The notes beneath the pieces are model-generated. The model was not told the DNA's origin and searched no databases. It saw only the letters and a program-made list of their open reading frames with translations. A DNA stretch of 55,898 nt. It comes from Clostridia bacterium. Lineage in GTDB: Bacteria; Bacillota; Clostridia; Oscillospirales; CAG-272. The stretch spans positions 1 to 55,898 of the forward strand of contig JAFUPM010000038.1 in NCBI GenBank assembly GCA_017481225.1, written 5' to 3'. The translations under genes were made by a program, and so were the position numbers. This document shows positions 47,046 through 55,898 of the stretch, in pieces; the stretch's first letter is position 1; every line of letters starts with the position of its first letter.

Positions 47046-47834
47046 TTAACCAAAAACCTCTGCTGCACCAACGACCCTGAGGACGTCACTGTCAACTCTG
47101 TCTCTGCCATAGGCATCAAAGAACCGCTCGCGAAGGCTGTCTGTGCCCAGGTTAAAGCCGAGAGTCCAAGCACCCCAGAAAAGGTCAACGTGTCTGTCTC
47201 CCACGCCCGCAAGCCCCAAGTCGATAAAGCTCGAAAAGCCCCAGGAGTCGAGAAGTATATTGGGTAGGCAGAAGTCTCCGTGAATAAGAGTATCCGACCT
47301 CAGAAGGCAAGCGCCCTCGGTCAGTACGGCGAACGCTTCTTCTGCGCAGCGGTAGCCGAAGCTGTCGGGGAAGTGGGACGTGTCGTAATTTCCTGTAAAA
47401 TAGTTCTCTCTTGCAAGGGCTATATATTCACTCGTCCTGTCTTTTACAGGGCAGGTAGAAAAGTCCATTTCGTGCAGCTCGCGGAGAACCTTTGCTATAG
47501 TGTCGCACAGCTGCTTCGGGTTTTCAAGATACGTGTTGTGAGTGCAGTCCTCACCCCTTGCCCGACGGGTTAAAAGCAGGTCGCAGTCGGGCGTGGAAAA
47601 ATACCCGAGAGCTTCGGGCGCAAGCCCTATCTTATGGAAGTAGGAGGTCATACTCGCCTCCCTTTTTAGGGTGCCCGGGGCGGCACGCTTTAAGTAATAG
47701 CCCGTGTCTTTTTCTATGTAGTAGACTCTCGCCTCGGGAGACGAGGAGCTGTCGTATATCTTTGCGCCCGTGATAAGCGCTCCGAGCTCTGTCGGCAGCT
47801 TTTCCGTTTTGATAGTTGTAGGCGTTCTTTTCAT
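47046..47834 (-). CDS. Aminoglycoside phosphotransferase, APH(3')-like kinase
   Basis: YYLK, Brenner motif HGDFCLPNI, FIDLG, DRHVDL. Confidence 0.85.
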   Translation of the reverse strand: MKRTPTTIKTEKLPTELGALITGAKIYDSSSSPEARVYYIEKDTGYYLKRAAPGTLKREASMTSYFHKIGLAPEALGYFSTPDCDLLLTRRARGEDCTHNTYLENPKQLCDTIAKVLRELHEMDFSTCPVKDRTSEYIALARENYFTGNYDTSHFPDSFGYRCAEEAFAVLTEGACLLRSDTLIHGDFCLPNILLDSWGFSSFIDLGLAGVGDRHVDLFWGAWTLGFNLGTDSLRERFFDAYGRDRVDSDVLRVVGAAEVFG

Positions 47835-47846
47835 ATTGCCTCGTTT

Positions 47847-49433
47847 TTATAGCTTGACGGACTTAAGTGACGAGACGTGTCCGAGTTTTTGACTTTTTGC
47901 GTCACTCTGAGCCTTACTTTTTCCAGTGTGTCCGAAAAGCTTAAATAAAGGATAAAAAATCAGAGTTCCAATATAGTATCCCGACATATCAATAAGCACG
48001 TCGGATAGTGTGCTTGTTCTTCCCGGCATATAGCTTTGTATGTATTCGGTAACGGCCGCAACCAGCAGCGCGCCTGCGCTATAGTTGAGAAAACTTAACA
48101 CGGGGTGCCTCTTTTTGAAGAATCTGAACATATTAAGCCCGAAAGCTGCAAAGGCAATAAAGCCCAGAGTGTGTCCGAGAACCTTGTGTACGAAAACCGA
48201 GGTGTTATTCTTCATAATTCGGGTAAGGCTCGTATCTATGACAGTCTTGACGGTGTAGGTGCGCTCGTCTCTGGAGACACCGTCATCAACTATAAGCTTC
48301 AGCGAGCTTCTACCGAGCTTTTTGCCCGTCACGGTCAGTATGCCGTCCTTGACGCTTGCCGACAGCATTTCGCTGTCGTATTCTAACGTCACCTCCCTGT
48401 AGGTTGCGTGGGCGTCGAAAACAAGGGGAAGGGCGGTTTCATTTTTGTTATATAGCTTTATTTGCTCCTCCGAGACTGCAATAGTCGGTGCCACCACAAC
48501 GTTTTTTATATTCAGCGTTATTGATTTAGAGAAGCCGTTCGGGAGAGTAACCGTCAAGGTTTCCTCGCCGCTTTTATTGTAGATAATTTTGTCCGATTTT
48601 CCAACATTGCAAAGCCCCGAGCCGAAGGCCACGTTGTAGTCGGTTATCACTCGCTTTCCGTCCTTATAAAGGGTGAGGGCGTAGAAGCTTTTGACGCTGC
48701 CGTCGGGCCTTTTTGATATGTTCGTTAAACGAATTTCGTCAAAGCTTGTGACCTCCCGCGAGGACTTGACAGAAAAGCTTTTGGTTACGGCTTCGCTCCC
48801 GTTTCCAAGCCTAAAGGTAAGAGATACCGTCTCGCCTTCAGGTGTTGCCTTAATAGGCATTAGTGTTCTATCATCTATAGCCTCAAAGTACTCGGGGTCA
48901 AAGATTACCTCGAAGTCGCTCTCGGAGTACACCTCGCCCGTCGCAATCCTGAGTACCGCAATAACAGGCACTCCGACACGGGTATAGCTGACGTTTGTGC
49001 CAAGGCTTCTGACAACGTACTCCGCCGTAATGTTCTCGGGATATTTTTTTATAAACCTTACGGTTATGATTTTTTCAAAGTCGGGGTCAGCCTCCGAGCT
49101 TATACGTATTCTGCCCTCGCTAAAGTCGTCATCGGTTCGCACACCCTTGAATTCGCCGCTTTCGGCATTTACTGTCAACGTAGAGTCCAAAGCCTCAAAT
49201 CTGAGGCAAGGGTCGCTGCCTATCCGTCCCTCTGCCGTGTACTTTGGAGATACGCTTTTCCCGACAGGGTAGCTATCCTCCAGGTCGACGGAAACGTCCT
49301 CAATCTCCACCCTTCCAAGCTCATCGGTAATGAGGCTCATAATACTGTTTGATATGGATTTGCCAAAGGTGAGAACGAGTGTTAAAAGCAATCCGAAGCT
49401 GATATAAAGGGCTATTGCCCAGCGTTTGTTCAT
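47847..49433 (-). CDS. Membrane protein with large extracellular beta-rich region and C-terminal VanZ-like domain
   Basis: N-terminal TM; HKVLGH...F and TEYIQSYMPGRTSTLSDVLIDMSG match VanZ; start at ATG 49433. Confidence 0.78.
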   Translation of the reverse strand: MNKRWAIALYISFGLLLTLVLTFGKSISNSIMSLITDELGRVEIEDVSVDLEDSYPVGKSVSPKYTAEGRIGSDPCLRFEALDSTLTVNAESGEFKGVRTDDDFSEGRIRISSEADPDFEKIITVRFIKKYPENITAEYVVRSLGTNVSYTRVGVPVIAVLRIATGEVYSESDFEVIFDPEYFEAIDDRTLMPIKATPEGETVSLTFRLGNGSEAVTKSFSVKSSREVTSFDEIRLTNISKRPDGSVKSFYALTLYKDGKRVITDYNVAFGSGLCNVGKSDKIIYNKSGEETLTVTLPNGFSKSITLNIKNVVVAPTIAVSEEQIKLYNKNETALPLVFDAHATYREVTLEYDSEMLSASVKDGILTVTGKKLGRSSLKLIVDDGVSRDERTYTVKTVIDTSLTRIMKNNTSVFVHKVLGHTLGFIAFAAFGLNMFRFFKKRHPVLSFLNYSAGALLVAAVTEYIQSYMPGRTSTLSDVLIDMSGYYIGTLIFYPLFKLFGHTGKSKAQSDAKSQKLGHVSSLKSVKL

Positions 49434-49491
49434 ATCGTTACTCCATAAGTAAACTTGCGAATTTGTAAAGTATAGTATGAATTTGTGCCTA

Positions 49492-50172
49492 TTAAAGGTC
49501 CCACCAAAGGTCATCTCCGCCCTCAAGCTCCATACCGTCGCGGAGCTTTTTAAGCTCCTCCTTGGTCACCTCGGGGTCGGCTCCGTTAGTCACGGCGAGC
49601 TTGTAATATCTTTTGCACTCCTCGCGCCTCTTTAATACGAAGTGGCAAAGACAAAGGCAATTCGCCGCCTGGTAGATATTGCCCTTAATGGAGAGGGCAC
49701 GCTCGCAGCAGGTAATGGCTTTCTCGTACTCTCCCATACGGTAGTAGGTCAGCCCGAGATTGTTGTGGGCGTAGGGGTTCTCGGGGTCACAGCTTATTGC
49801 ATTCTGAAATGCCTCAATGGCATCACCGTAGTTGCCCTGACGGCGGTATAGGAGTCCGAGGTTTGAGTGGATTGTGCTTCTTTTTGGGTCGATAGAAAGT
49901 ACCTGCCTATATGCATCAATGCAGGGCGCAAAGTAGTGCATTTCGTCGTAGCAAAGAGCAATGAACGTTAGCACCGCGCACCTTTCGTTGTCGGTTTTGC
50001 ATTTTCTGTTTAAGCTAATGAGTATTTTCAGAGCATCCTCGTTTTTATCCTTGTTGAAAAGGTCGATAGCCTCCAAGAGCTTATCCAATAACCTCCGTCT
50101 GAAAAATCCCGAGAAGGAATCCCGTATATGCTCAGAGTAGGTTCTCATATAGTAATCGTATTTAATGTTCAT
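49492..50172 (-). CDS. Tetratricopeptide repeat protein
   Basis: HSNLGLLY...AIEAF..A...DP and HNNLGLTYY TPR units. Confidence 0.88.
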   Translation of the reverse strand: MNIKYDYYMRTYSEHIRDSFSGFFRRRLLDKLLEAIDLFNKDKNEDALKILISLNRKCKTDNERCAVLTFIALCYDEMHYFAPCIDAYRQVLSIDPKRSTIHSNLGLLYRRQGNYGDAIEAFQNAISCDPENPYAHNNLGLTYYRMGEYEKAITCCERALSIKGNIYQAANCLCLCHFVLKRREECKRYYKLAVTNGADPEVTKEELKKLRDGMELEGGDDLWWDL

Positions 50173-50209
50173 TTTTTCTCCTCTTTATTCTTCGGCATTG
50201 GCGTAGCAT

Positions 50210-50641
50210 CTATTGCTTTAATATCATAGTGACGTGAGGGATACCCTCCTCGTCGAATTCGGGAGATGCGACAACAAACCCTAACCTCTCGTAGAAACGC
50301 ATCGCGTGAGTTTGGGCGTGGAGCATAATTTTATCAGAGCCGAAGTGGTTTTTAATCTTTGGAATAGCCTCCTCCATAAGCCTTGTTCCAAGCCCCTTGC
50401 CGTGAGGTGTGGAGAGAACTCTGCCGATTTGTACCGCACCGTCCTCAGCCCTGTAGGCTCTGAGGTAGGCTATAACCTCTATTCCTTCCTTAATGAAGCA
50501 ATGAAGGCTACCGTAGTCAACTCTGTCGAAATCCTGGCAGACGATACCCTGCTCAAGCAGAAATATCTTCGTCCTGGCTCTGACTATCTCGTATAGCTCA
50601 CGCGTTGTAAGCTCATCAAATTCTTTTATTATCAGTTCCAA
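50210..50641 (-). CDS. ElaA-like GNAT acetyltransferase
   Basis: ELYEIVRAR..IF..EQ, IGRV, GKGLG, HAQ, FYERLGF, EEGIPH. Confidence 0.9.
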   Translation of the reverse strand: MELIIKEFDELTTRELYEIVRARTKIFLLEQGIVCQDFDRVDYGSLHCFIKEGIEVIAYLRAYRAEDGAVQIGRVLSTPHGKGLGTRLMEEAIPKIKNHFGSDKIMLHAQTHAMRFYERLGFVVASPEFDEEGIPHVTMILKQ

Positions 50642-50718
50642 TTAATTCCGTTTACCTTTCTTAATATAGGGCTTTTTGAAAAGTATGGTTTACAAAAATG
50701 GGGAAAATTGCGATAAAT

Positions 50719-51594
50719 TTATGCCTCCTCCGACCTTCCCAAAAGGAATACTGCGAAAATAATCAGCGCAATTCCAAGGGCGGAGAATACGTCGAGTGTC
50801 TCCCCAAAGAGCGCAACGCTGAAAAGTGTGGCTGACATAGGCTCTACTATGCCGAGGGAGGAAACGGTTCCTGCAGGAAGCTCCTTCATAGCTAAGGTGT
50901 AGAGGAAATACGGCACGATAAAGGTACAGACACCGAGAGCCAGAAGCAGAGGAATTGTAGCGACGGGCTCCCTAATAACGCTTTCGGCATACCGCGCGGG
51001 CTCCGACACAAAGAGGGAAATCGCCGTCATTGCAGCGAAGGCGTAAAGGGTCACTGAAACGGGAGCCATACCCCGTCGCATAGCGATTTTCGTCAGTATA
51101 TTATATGCGCCGTAGGATATTCCCGAGGCAAAGCCGAGAAGTATTCCCGTAGCATCAAATTTCAGTCCCCCCACAATTCCCGAAACAAAGCAACAGCCCG
51201 TAAGCATCAAGACCACAGATACAAGCTTACCTTTTGTCAGCTTCTCGCCAAAGAAGAGAACCGAGAAGATAAGGACGTAAATGGGCGCCATATACATCAG
51301 CACAACGGCGGTTGAAACAGAGGTCATCTGCATAGAGAGGAAGTAGCAGCCGCCCGTTCCGAAAAGCGACGCGCCAATGCCTAAAAGCAGGGGAAGCTCC
51401 CCAAATTTTATCCGCAGAAGCTCTCTTTTGGCTATCAGAACGTAGCCGAGAATTCCAAGGAAGGACACGGCGGCTCTCGTTGCCGTCATTTGCAGGCTCG
51501 TGAAGCCGTAGGGCGCAAGATAGTGAACGAAAATGCCCGACGTGCCCCAGAGTACACCCGCTACAATGACGTATATAATTGATTTGGTTTTCAT
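50719..51594 (-). CDS. DMT/EamA family transporter
   Basis: About 10 TM segments, LWG, LMYMAP, VEP motifs. Confidence 0.9.
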   Translation of the reverse strand: MKTKSIIYVIVAGVLWGTSGIFVHYLAPYGFTSLQMTATRAAVSFLGILGYVLIAKRELLRIKFGELPLLLGIGASLFGTGGCYFLSMQMTSVSTAVVLMYMAPIYVLIFSVLFFGEKLTKGKLVSVVLMLTGCCFVSGIVGGLKFDATGILLGFASGISYGAYNILTKIAMRRGMAPVSVTLYAFAAMTAISLFVSEPARYAESVIREPVATIPLLLALGVCTFIVPYFLYTLAMKELPAGTVSSLGIVEPMSATLFSVALFGETLDVFSALGIALIIFAVFLLGRSEEA

Positions 51595-51734
51595 TTTTAT
51601 GTTCTTTTTGTGTTATTATATTTTACTGCTTTTCTTAATTAGTCTGAAGGTGGGCTAATAATCAGCCCGAGGGGCAACGCCCGGGGGTTCTTTTTTGTTG
51701 GTACCGAGCCACGCAAGGCAAACCGTTAGCCGAT

Positions 51735-52742
51735 TTATCGGTACTCGTCAAGCACCTCTTTTAAGAGCTTCGGATTGTCGGTCATAATGCAGTCGCAACC
51801 AAGCTCTATAAGCTCTCTCATAGTTTCCTCGTCGTTGATAGTCCAGTATTGCACTGCAACGCCCCTTCTGTGAGCGCGGTTTACGTAGGATTTTTTAGCT
51901 AATCCAAGAGTTATGCCAACGTCGTACTCGACGGGTATCTGCAGGCAGGCAAAGTCGGAAGAATCGAAAATATTAACGCCCAGCATCGTCGTAACGATGA
52001 AGGTAGCCGCCGTGCCGGTAGGCGCGCCGCGGTAAAGGTCGGGATACTTGCTTTTCAGCTCCTCCTCAATCTCGTCGTGGAAGGTACCGACCACAATTCT
52101 GTCTCTGTAATTTGGGTAGGCATCGAGAGTTCCGTCCAGAATTTCGCAGGCTCTGTAGCCGCGCTCGCCGCTGTCCTTAATCTCCACGATAAACAGAAGC
52201 TCGGGCACCTCCTCGTAGAACTCTGCGAAAAGTCTGTCAACCGTAGCTATCTGCAGTCCTGCGCCCTCAAGGTCGTCCTCGTCCTTGTAGATGCGCTTGC
52301 CCGATTCGTCCTCGAAGTAGTAGCCGAAATTGTACTCGCGCAGCTCTTCGAGAGTCATATCCTTAATATAGTGACGCGCCGATTTGTCGCGGCACAGCTC
52401 ACGAACCTCCTCGAGGGAAATGTCTCCGTTTATATTGCAGGTCTCGTCAATATAGCTGTCGTGGTTATATACGAGATAGCCGTCCTTGGTAAGATACAGG
52501 TCGCTCTCAATAATCTCAACTCCGTAGGTTCTCACAGCCTCGCGGAAAGCGAGCATAGTATTCTCGGGATTGCACTCGCCTCCGCCGCGATGTGCGGCAA
52601 TCATTGGCAGCTCTCCTTCCCCAACAATAAAGGGATTGTTTTCAACGTTCTTTTTCGGCGGTATAACGTTTATTACCGTCATAAACAGAATAACCGCAGC
52701 GATAGTGCCGCCTAAAATCTTAAGACCGGTATGCTTTTTCAT
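51735..52742 (-). CDS. Glycerophosphodiester phosphodiesterase, membrane-anchored
   Basis: AHRGG, PENT, ESDLYLTKDG, VEIK, WTIN, MTDNP; N-terminal TM. Confidence 0.92.
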   Translation of the reverse strand: MKKHTGLKILGGTIAAVILFMTVINVIPPKKNVENNPFIVGEGELPMIAAHRGGGECNPENTMLAFREAVRTYGVEIIESDLYLTKDGYLVYNHDSYIDETCNINGDISLEEVRELCRDKSARHYIKDMTLEELREYNFGYYFEDESGKRIYKDEDDLEGAGLQIATVDRLFAEFYEEVPELLFIVEIKDSGERGYRACEILDGTLDAYPNYRDRIVVGTFHDEIEEELKSKYPDLYRGAPTGTAATFIVTTMLGVNIFDSSDFACLQIPVEYDVGITLGLAKKSYVNRAHRRGVAVQYWTINDEETMRELIELGCDCIMTDNPKLLKEVLDEYR

Positions 52743-53039
52743 TGTACATTCTCCTAATAAAATTTTGTAAATTCTTCGCAATTAATTTTTATATTCCGAT
52801 TTTATAATGCTTAAATTTATGCTATTTTGCAAACTATAATTTACTATTTTCTGCATTTTTAACAATTTGACATTATCTGATGAGTGATAAACTTAAAGCA
52901 AAAGCAATGCCAGACTAGACAAATAATGAAGCTAGAAAGAGTCAAGTCGCGCTTGCTTTGCTCATTGAACGAGGTTTCCTTCGACTGCAGTCGGAGCCTC
53001 ACAGTTTCGGACTCCTCTCGCTTCAGGCGAGCATAGCTT

Positions 53040-53546
53040 TTAATAAAGCTCGCTTGGATCGACGGGGCTTGAAATATCAAGGGTTGAAAGGAGCGCGTTA
53101 TCTGCGGTGACCATTTTATAGAGTCCGTCTCTGTGCGAACCCCTCACGGTGCAGATGCGAAAAGGCTCGTCGCGGCGAAGTTTCCTTACAGTACTGCCGG
53201 CCTCCACGTCGGGAAAGTCGGATTTTCTTTTGAGCGCATCCTTAACGGCATCTGTGCGGAAAGAAAAATACCCGTCGCTTCCCAGCTCGAAATCAGCAGG
53301 GAAACAAACAAAATCCCCGGTGGAAAGCGCGCTGAGCCTTTTTTGGAAAAGCGCTCTCGCTTCTTCGCTTATTGCAATAAACTCATAGCCGTAAATGGCG
53401 GTGCTCAAACGCACGCTAACTCCGCTCGACCCCGCTTTTTTCCCGGCTACCCGTATATATCCCTCCTCGTCCTTTGCCGAGGAATCGAAAACTAAAACGT
53501 CCGTCCCGTCCGCGTCCTTTTCGACGAATATTTTTGCATAGATCAT
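53040..53546 (-). CDS. Hypothetical protein
   Basis: 168-aa ORF with AAAGGA RBS; no motif recognised. Confidence 0.65.
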   Translation of the reverse strand: MIYAKIFVEKDADGTDVLVFDSSAKDEEGYIRVAGKKAGSSGVSVRLSTAIYGYEFIAISEEARALFQKRLSALSTGDFVCFPADFELGSDGYFSFRTDAVKDALKRKSDFPDVEAGSTVRKLRRDEPFRICTVRGSHRDGLYKMVTADNALLSTLDISSPVDPSELY

Positions 53547-53698
53547 ATTTTTTATTTCCTTTCAGGGGAGCCAAAATTTGATTTAATAAACGTTATTGCT
53601 ATATCGGTATCCCCGTGCGCAGCACGCGACACGCTGGACGCGTGGTATTAATGGGTCTTAAAATGTGCGAAAAATGGGGGTTGTAATACCTTAAAGTC

Positions 53699-54091
53699 TC
53701 ACTTTTCGTTTCTTTTTAGGATTTCATTTGCTGTATATATGCGCAAATACTTCTTCTTCATAAGTGAAGCTTTTTTAGTTTCAAATTTTTGTTTGCTCAT
53801 TATTTTCAAATTCCAGGGTTGCAATAAGGAAAACATTTTTATTGAAAACTTTCGCGTATCTTGCACAAAAACCATATTTCCTTGAATAATATCAAAAAAT
53901 AGCTTGTTATCCGCTCCATCAAGATGCGCATGCGTGAATCCATGATTGATATCAATATAATCATCATCAAATCCAAGCGTTAAATACTCATGAAAGTTAA
54001 TAACGCAAAAGTCTTTCCTTTCGTTTTCAATCTTATCCTTCAAGCTGGGATTGATTTCAAAAACTCTTTTATAAATTTCGCTAAACTCCAT
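53699..54091 (-). CDS. Hypothetical AT-rich protein
   Basis: AGGAG RBS before ATG 54091; the stop codon lies inside repeat A. Confidence 0.7.
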   Translation of the reverse strand: MEFSEIYKRVFEINPSLKDKIENERKDFCVINFHEYLTLGFDDDYIDINHGFTHAHLDGADNKLFFDIIQGNMVFVQDTRKFSIKMFSLLQPWNLKIMSKQKFETKKASLMKKKYLRIYTANEILKRNEK

Positions 54092-54243
54092 AATTATCTC
54101 CTCGTCAGGCAAACGACACTTGCTTCTCTTTCGGAAAAAATATTCCCGATGGGATATTTGTTCCTCTCGCGCCGAGGGCGTGACACGATACGTGGAAAGG
54201 TATATTTTTGTGTCAAAAACGGGGGTGGTAATACCTTAAAGTC

Positions 54244-54543
54244 TCACTTTTCGATTCGCAGATTTTTATATTCACGCAGTTTTTTCACAACTTTATCAGA
54301 AAAAGACCAAATATGATACTTGCCTATACCACATTCATTTGCCAAAAAGAAAGCAGTTTTTTCTTTTTCAGTCACAGTGAAAACACGCGAAAATGTAGGG
54401 CTTACCCCTTGGATTGTTTTCCCGAAGGGCAAGATAATTGGACGCAGCAAGCACTTCCATTCAAATTGCATAATCTTTATACCGTTAATTTCTAAATCTC
54501 CACCTAGCGGATAGTAACCTAAATAGATTGCTTTGGCTAACAT
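54244..54543 (-). CDS. Hypothetical AT-rich protein
   Basis: AAAGGAG RBS before ATG 54543; the stop codon lies inside repeat A. Confidence 0.68.
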   Translation of the reverse strand: MLAKAIYLGYYPLGGDLEINGIKIMQFEWKCLLRPIILPFGKTIQGVSPTFSRVFTVTEKEKTAFFLANECGIGKYHIWSFSDKVVKKLREYKNLRIEK

Positions 54544-54760
54544 CAATTATCTCCTTTCGATATTCAAGTCCAGCCGTATCTGCAAGCTCGCTTGCAAGGA
54601 CGGCGGCGCAGATTGCTCCGCGAGCGCTTCGGTGTACCTAAGCAGGGTGCGTAGCGCCGCCTCGCATGAGGCGTGGCTCGCAGGAGCATATGTTATACCG
54701 TACTGCTGTAAAATGAACTTTCGAGTTTCACTCAAAATCATTATTTGTCCCAACGAATTG

Positions 54761-54957
54761 GTGAAGTTACTCGCTAACGCTCGTAGTGAAGTTGTTCGCT
54801 TCGCTCACAGTGAAGTTTTGCTCGCATCCCTCGCAAAGTGAAGTTAAGCTCGCCCCAAAGTAACTTCTCACTTGCGCCACTCGTGGCGCAAACTTCACTG
54901 CCGATAGGCAACTTCACTTTCGTAAGAAAACTTCACTCGCCGCAGGCAAACTTAGTT
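54761..54957. repeat. Palindromic GTGAAGTT/AACTTCAC repeat element (REP/MITE-like)
   Basis: 4 copies of GTGAAGTT, then 3 perfect and 2 degenerate AACTTCAC, with small hairpins in the spacers. Confidence 0.85.
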
Positions 54958-55061
54958 GTCGAGTCGGCGTGTCAACGGCACGACGGACTCGACGTGGGTC
55001 AAGACTCCAAAAGGTATATTTTTATGCCAAAAACGGGGGTTGTAACGACAAAAGGTATATT

Positions 55062-55691
55062 TTATTCTGTTTCCCACAAAGGAATATCTTTTAATTTGCT
55101 CCAAACAAATTGGCCCATATTCTTCCCACCAAGTTTGTTCAGATGTATGTGATCCAGCTGATATTCTCCCGCCTTCACACGGGCGTAGCCAAAACCGGCT
55201 TCGCAAAACACATTAATCACAGGAACACCGTTTAACTTCGCCACACGCTCTATTATTTCGGCAAATTCAAATTGGGTTATTTTTCTGCTTTCGATTACCG
55301 TATCGGGAGTCTTGTCATTCCCACCGATCATAATAATAACAACGATCTGCGCCTTGGTATTTTCTTGTAAGTACCTTAAACACTGATTGAAGCAACCGCA
55401 GAAGGATTGATCGTCCGTGTCATAGATATTTCCTACCATGGCTCCCTCGTTCGGCAAAACCTCAAGTGTGATAAGGTCCGCGTTTTCCTTGCCGTCATCC
55501 ATATTCATCACGGCGCGCTTGGTGTTACCTTTGCCATAACCGTCAGGTGTCAGGCATCCCCCGGGAATGCCGAGATTTACAACGGTCATACCCGAAAGCT
55601 CTTCCACAACGGGAACGTATTCTCCTTGCTTAATGCTTGTCATAGAGGTACCGTATGCATACCATAGTTTACCATTCCAGTGATTATTCAT
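55062..55691 (-). CDS. SGNH/GDSL hydrolase family protein
   Basis: Block I GTSMT, NLGIPG, PNE, block V DHIHLN. Confidence 0.8.
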   Translation of the reverse strand: MNNHWNGKLWYAYGTSMTSIKQGEYVPVVEELSGMTVVNLGIPGGCLTPDGYGKGNTKRAVMNMDDGKENADLITLEVLPNEGAMVGNIYDTDDQSFCGCFNQCLRYLQENTKAQIVVIIMIGGNDKTPDTVIESRKITQFEFAEIIERVAKLNGVPVINVFCEAGFGYARVKAGEYQLDHIHLNKLGGKNMGQFVWSKLKDIPLWETE

Positions 55692-55772
55692 TTTGCTCTC
55701 CTTTTTTCGTTATGTTATACCGTACTGCTGTAAAACAGACTTTTGAGTTTCGCTCAAAAGTAACATTTGTCC

Positions 55773-55898
55773 CTAACTATTTTCCTTTGCGGTGGTGATG
55801 GAGGCGATGAGTCTGCGCCGTATCGAACCGCATTTGTTTCTTAAATCCTTGTAGGTTATTTCTGTTATTTTACCTTTTCTAAAAATCAGTTCAAGCCA
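55773..55898 (-). CDS. C-terminus of a four-helix-bundle protein (TIGR02436 / IVS-protein / Avd-like), partial
   Basis: Manual translation WLELIFRKGKITEITYKDLRNKCGSIRRRLIASITTAKENS*; the WLEL...C..IRR.L..SI.TAK pattern fits the family. Confidence 0.7.
   Translation of the reverse strand, partial: WLELIFRKGKITEITYKDLRNKCGSIRRRLIASITTAKENS

Larger units (their letters stand above)
53670..55045. repeat. Dispersed repeat A downstream of three consecutive genes (53670-53708, 54196-54253, 55010-55045)
   Basis: Core AAAAAYGGGGGTKGTAA; copies 1 and 2 are 37/39 identical; copies 2 and 3 are 33/36 identical. Confidence 0.85.
54689..55773. repeat. Dispersed repeat B, two 63-bp copies (54689-54751 and 55711-55773)
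   Basis: 54/63 identical; contains a TTTTGAG-yGAAA-CTCrAAA hairpin on the minus strand. Confidence 0.88.

Noticed and set aside
54547-55206. ORF-track entries overlapping the palindromic elements (54533-54841, 54547-54753, 54838-55152, 54952-55206)
   Set aside because: They translate repeat or palindrome DNA or overlap the SGNH gene, and are likely spurious.

Overview
This is a chromosomal window of about 50% GC from a Clostridia-like Firmicute. The taxonomic call is inferred from gene content and sigma-A promoters. From left to right it holds the rpmH-rnpA-yidD-yidC-jag-mnmE operon (with hpt rather than dnaA on the divergent side), hpt-mtaB, glyQS, luxS-mtnN and a DinG/Rad3-type helicase. 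Next comes the standout feature, a 12.7 kb minus-strand operon (11772-24502) of 14 apparently intact ORFs. It encodes TerS, TerL, portal, a small protein, scaffold, decoration protein, major capsid protein, adaptor, a nozzle-like protein carrying a BspA-type LRR insert, two small proteins and three membrane proteins. I see no integrase, repressor, replication or endolysin gene and no att sites. The operon has one promoter, a hairpin leader and one terminator, so it is a candidate domesticated gene-transfer-agent-like system. After it come an AraC-linked putative catabolic cluster, a nucleoside salvage operon (tdk-deoC-deoD-deoB-cdd-pdp), topB, an unannotated Cys-rich micropeptide, GH88, MATE, a 5'-3' exonuclease, an APH-like kinase and assorted genes. 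The right end holds a cassette-like array of short genes separated by conserved repeats and palindromic elements, next to a four-helix-bundle gene. All calls come from reading motifs by eye; no database searches were run.
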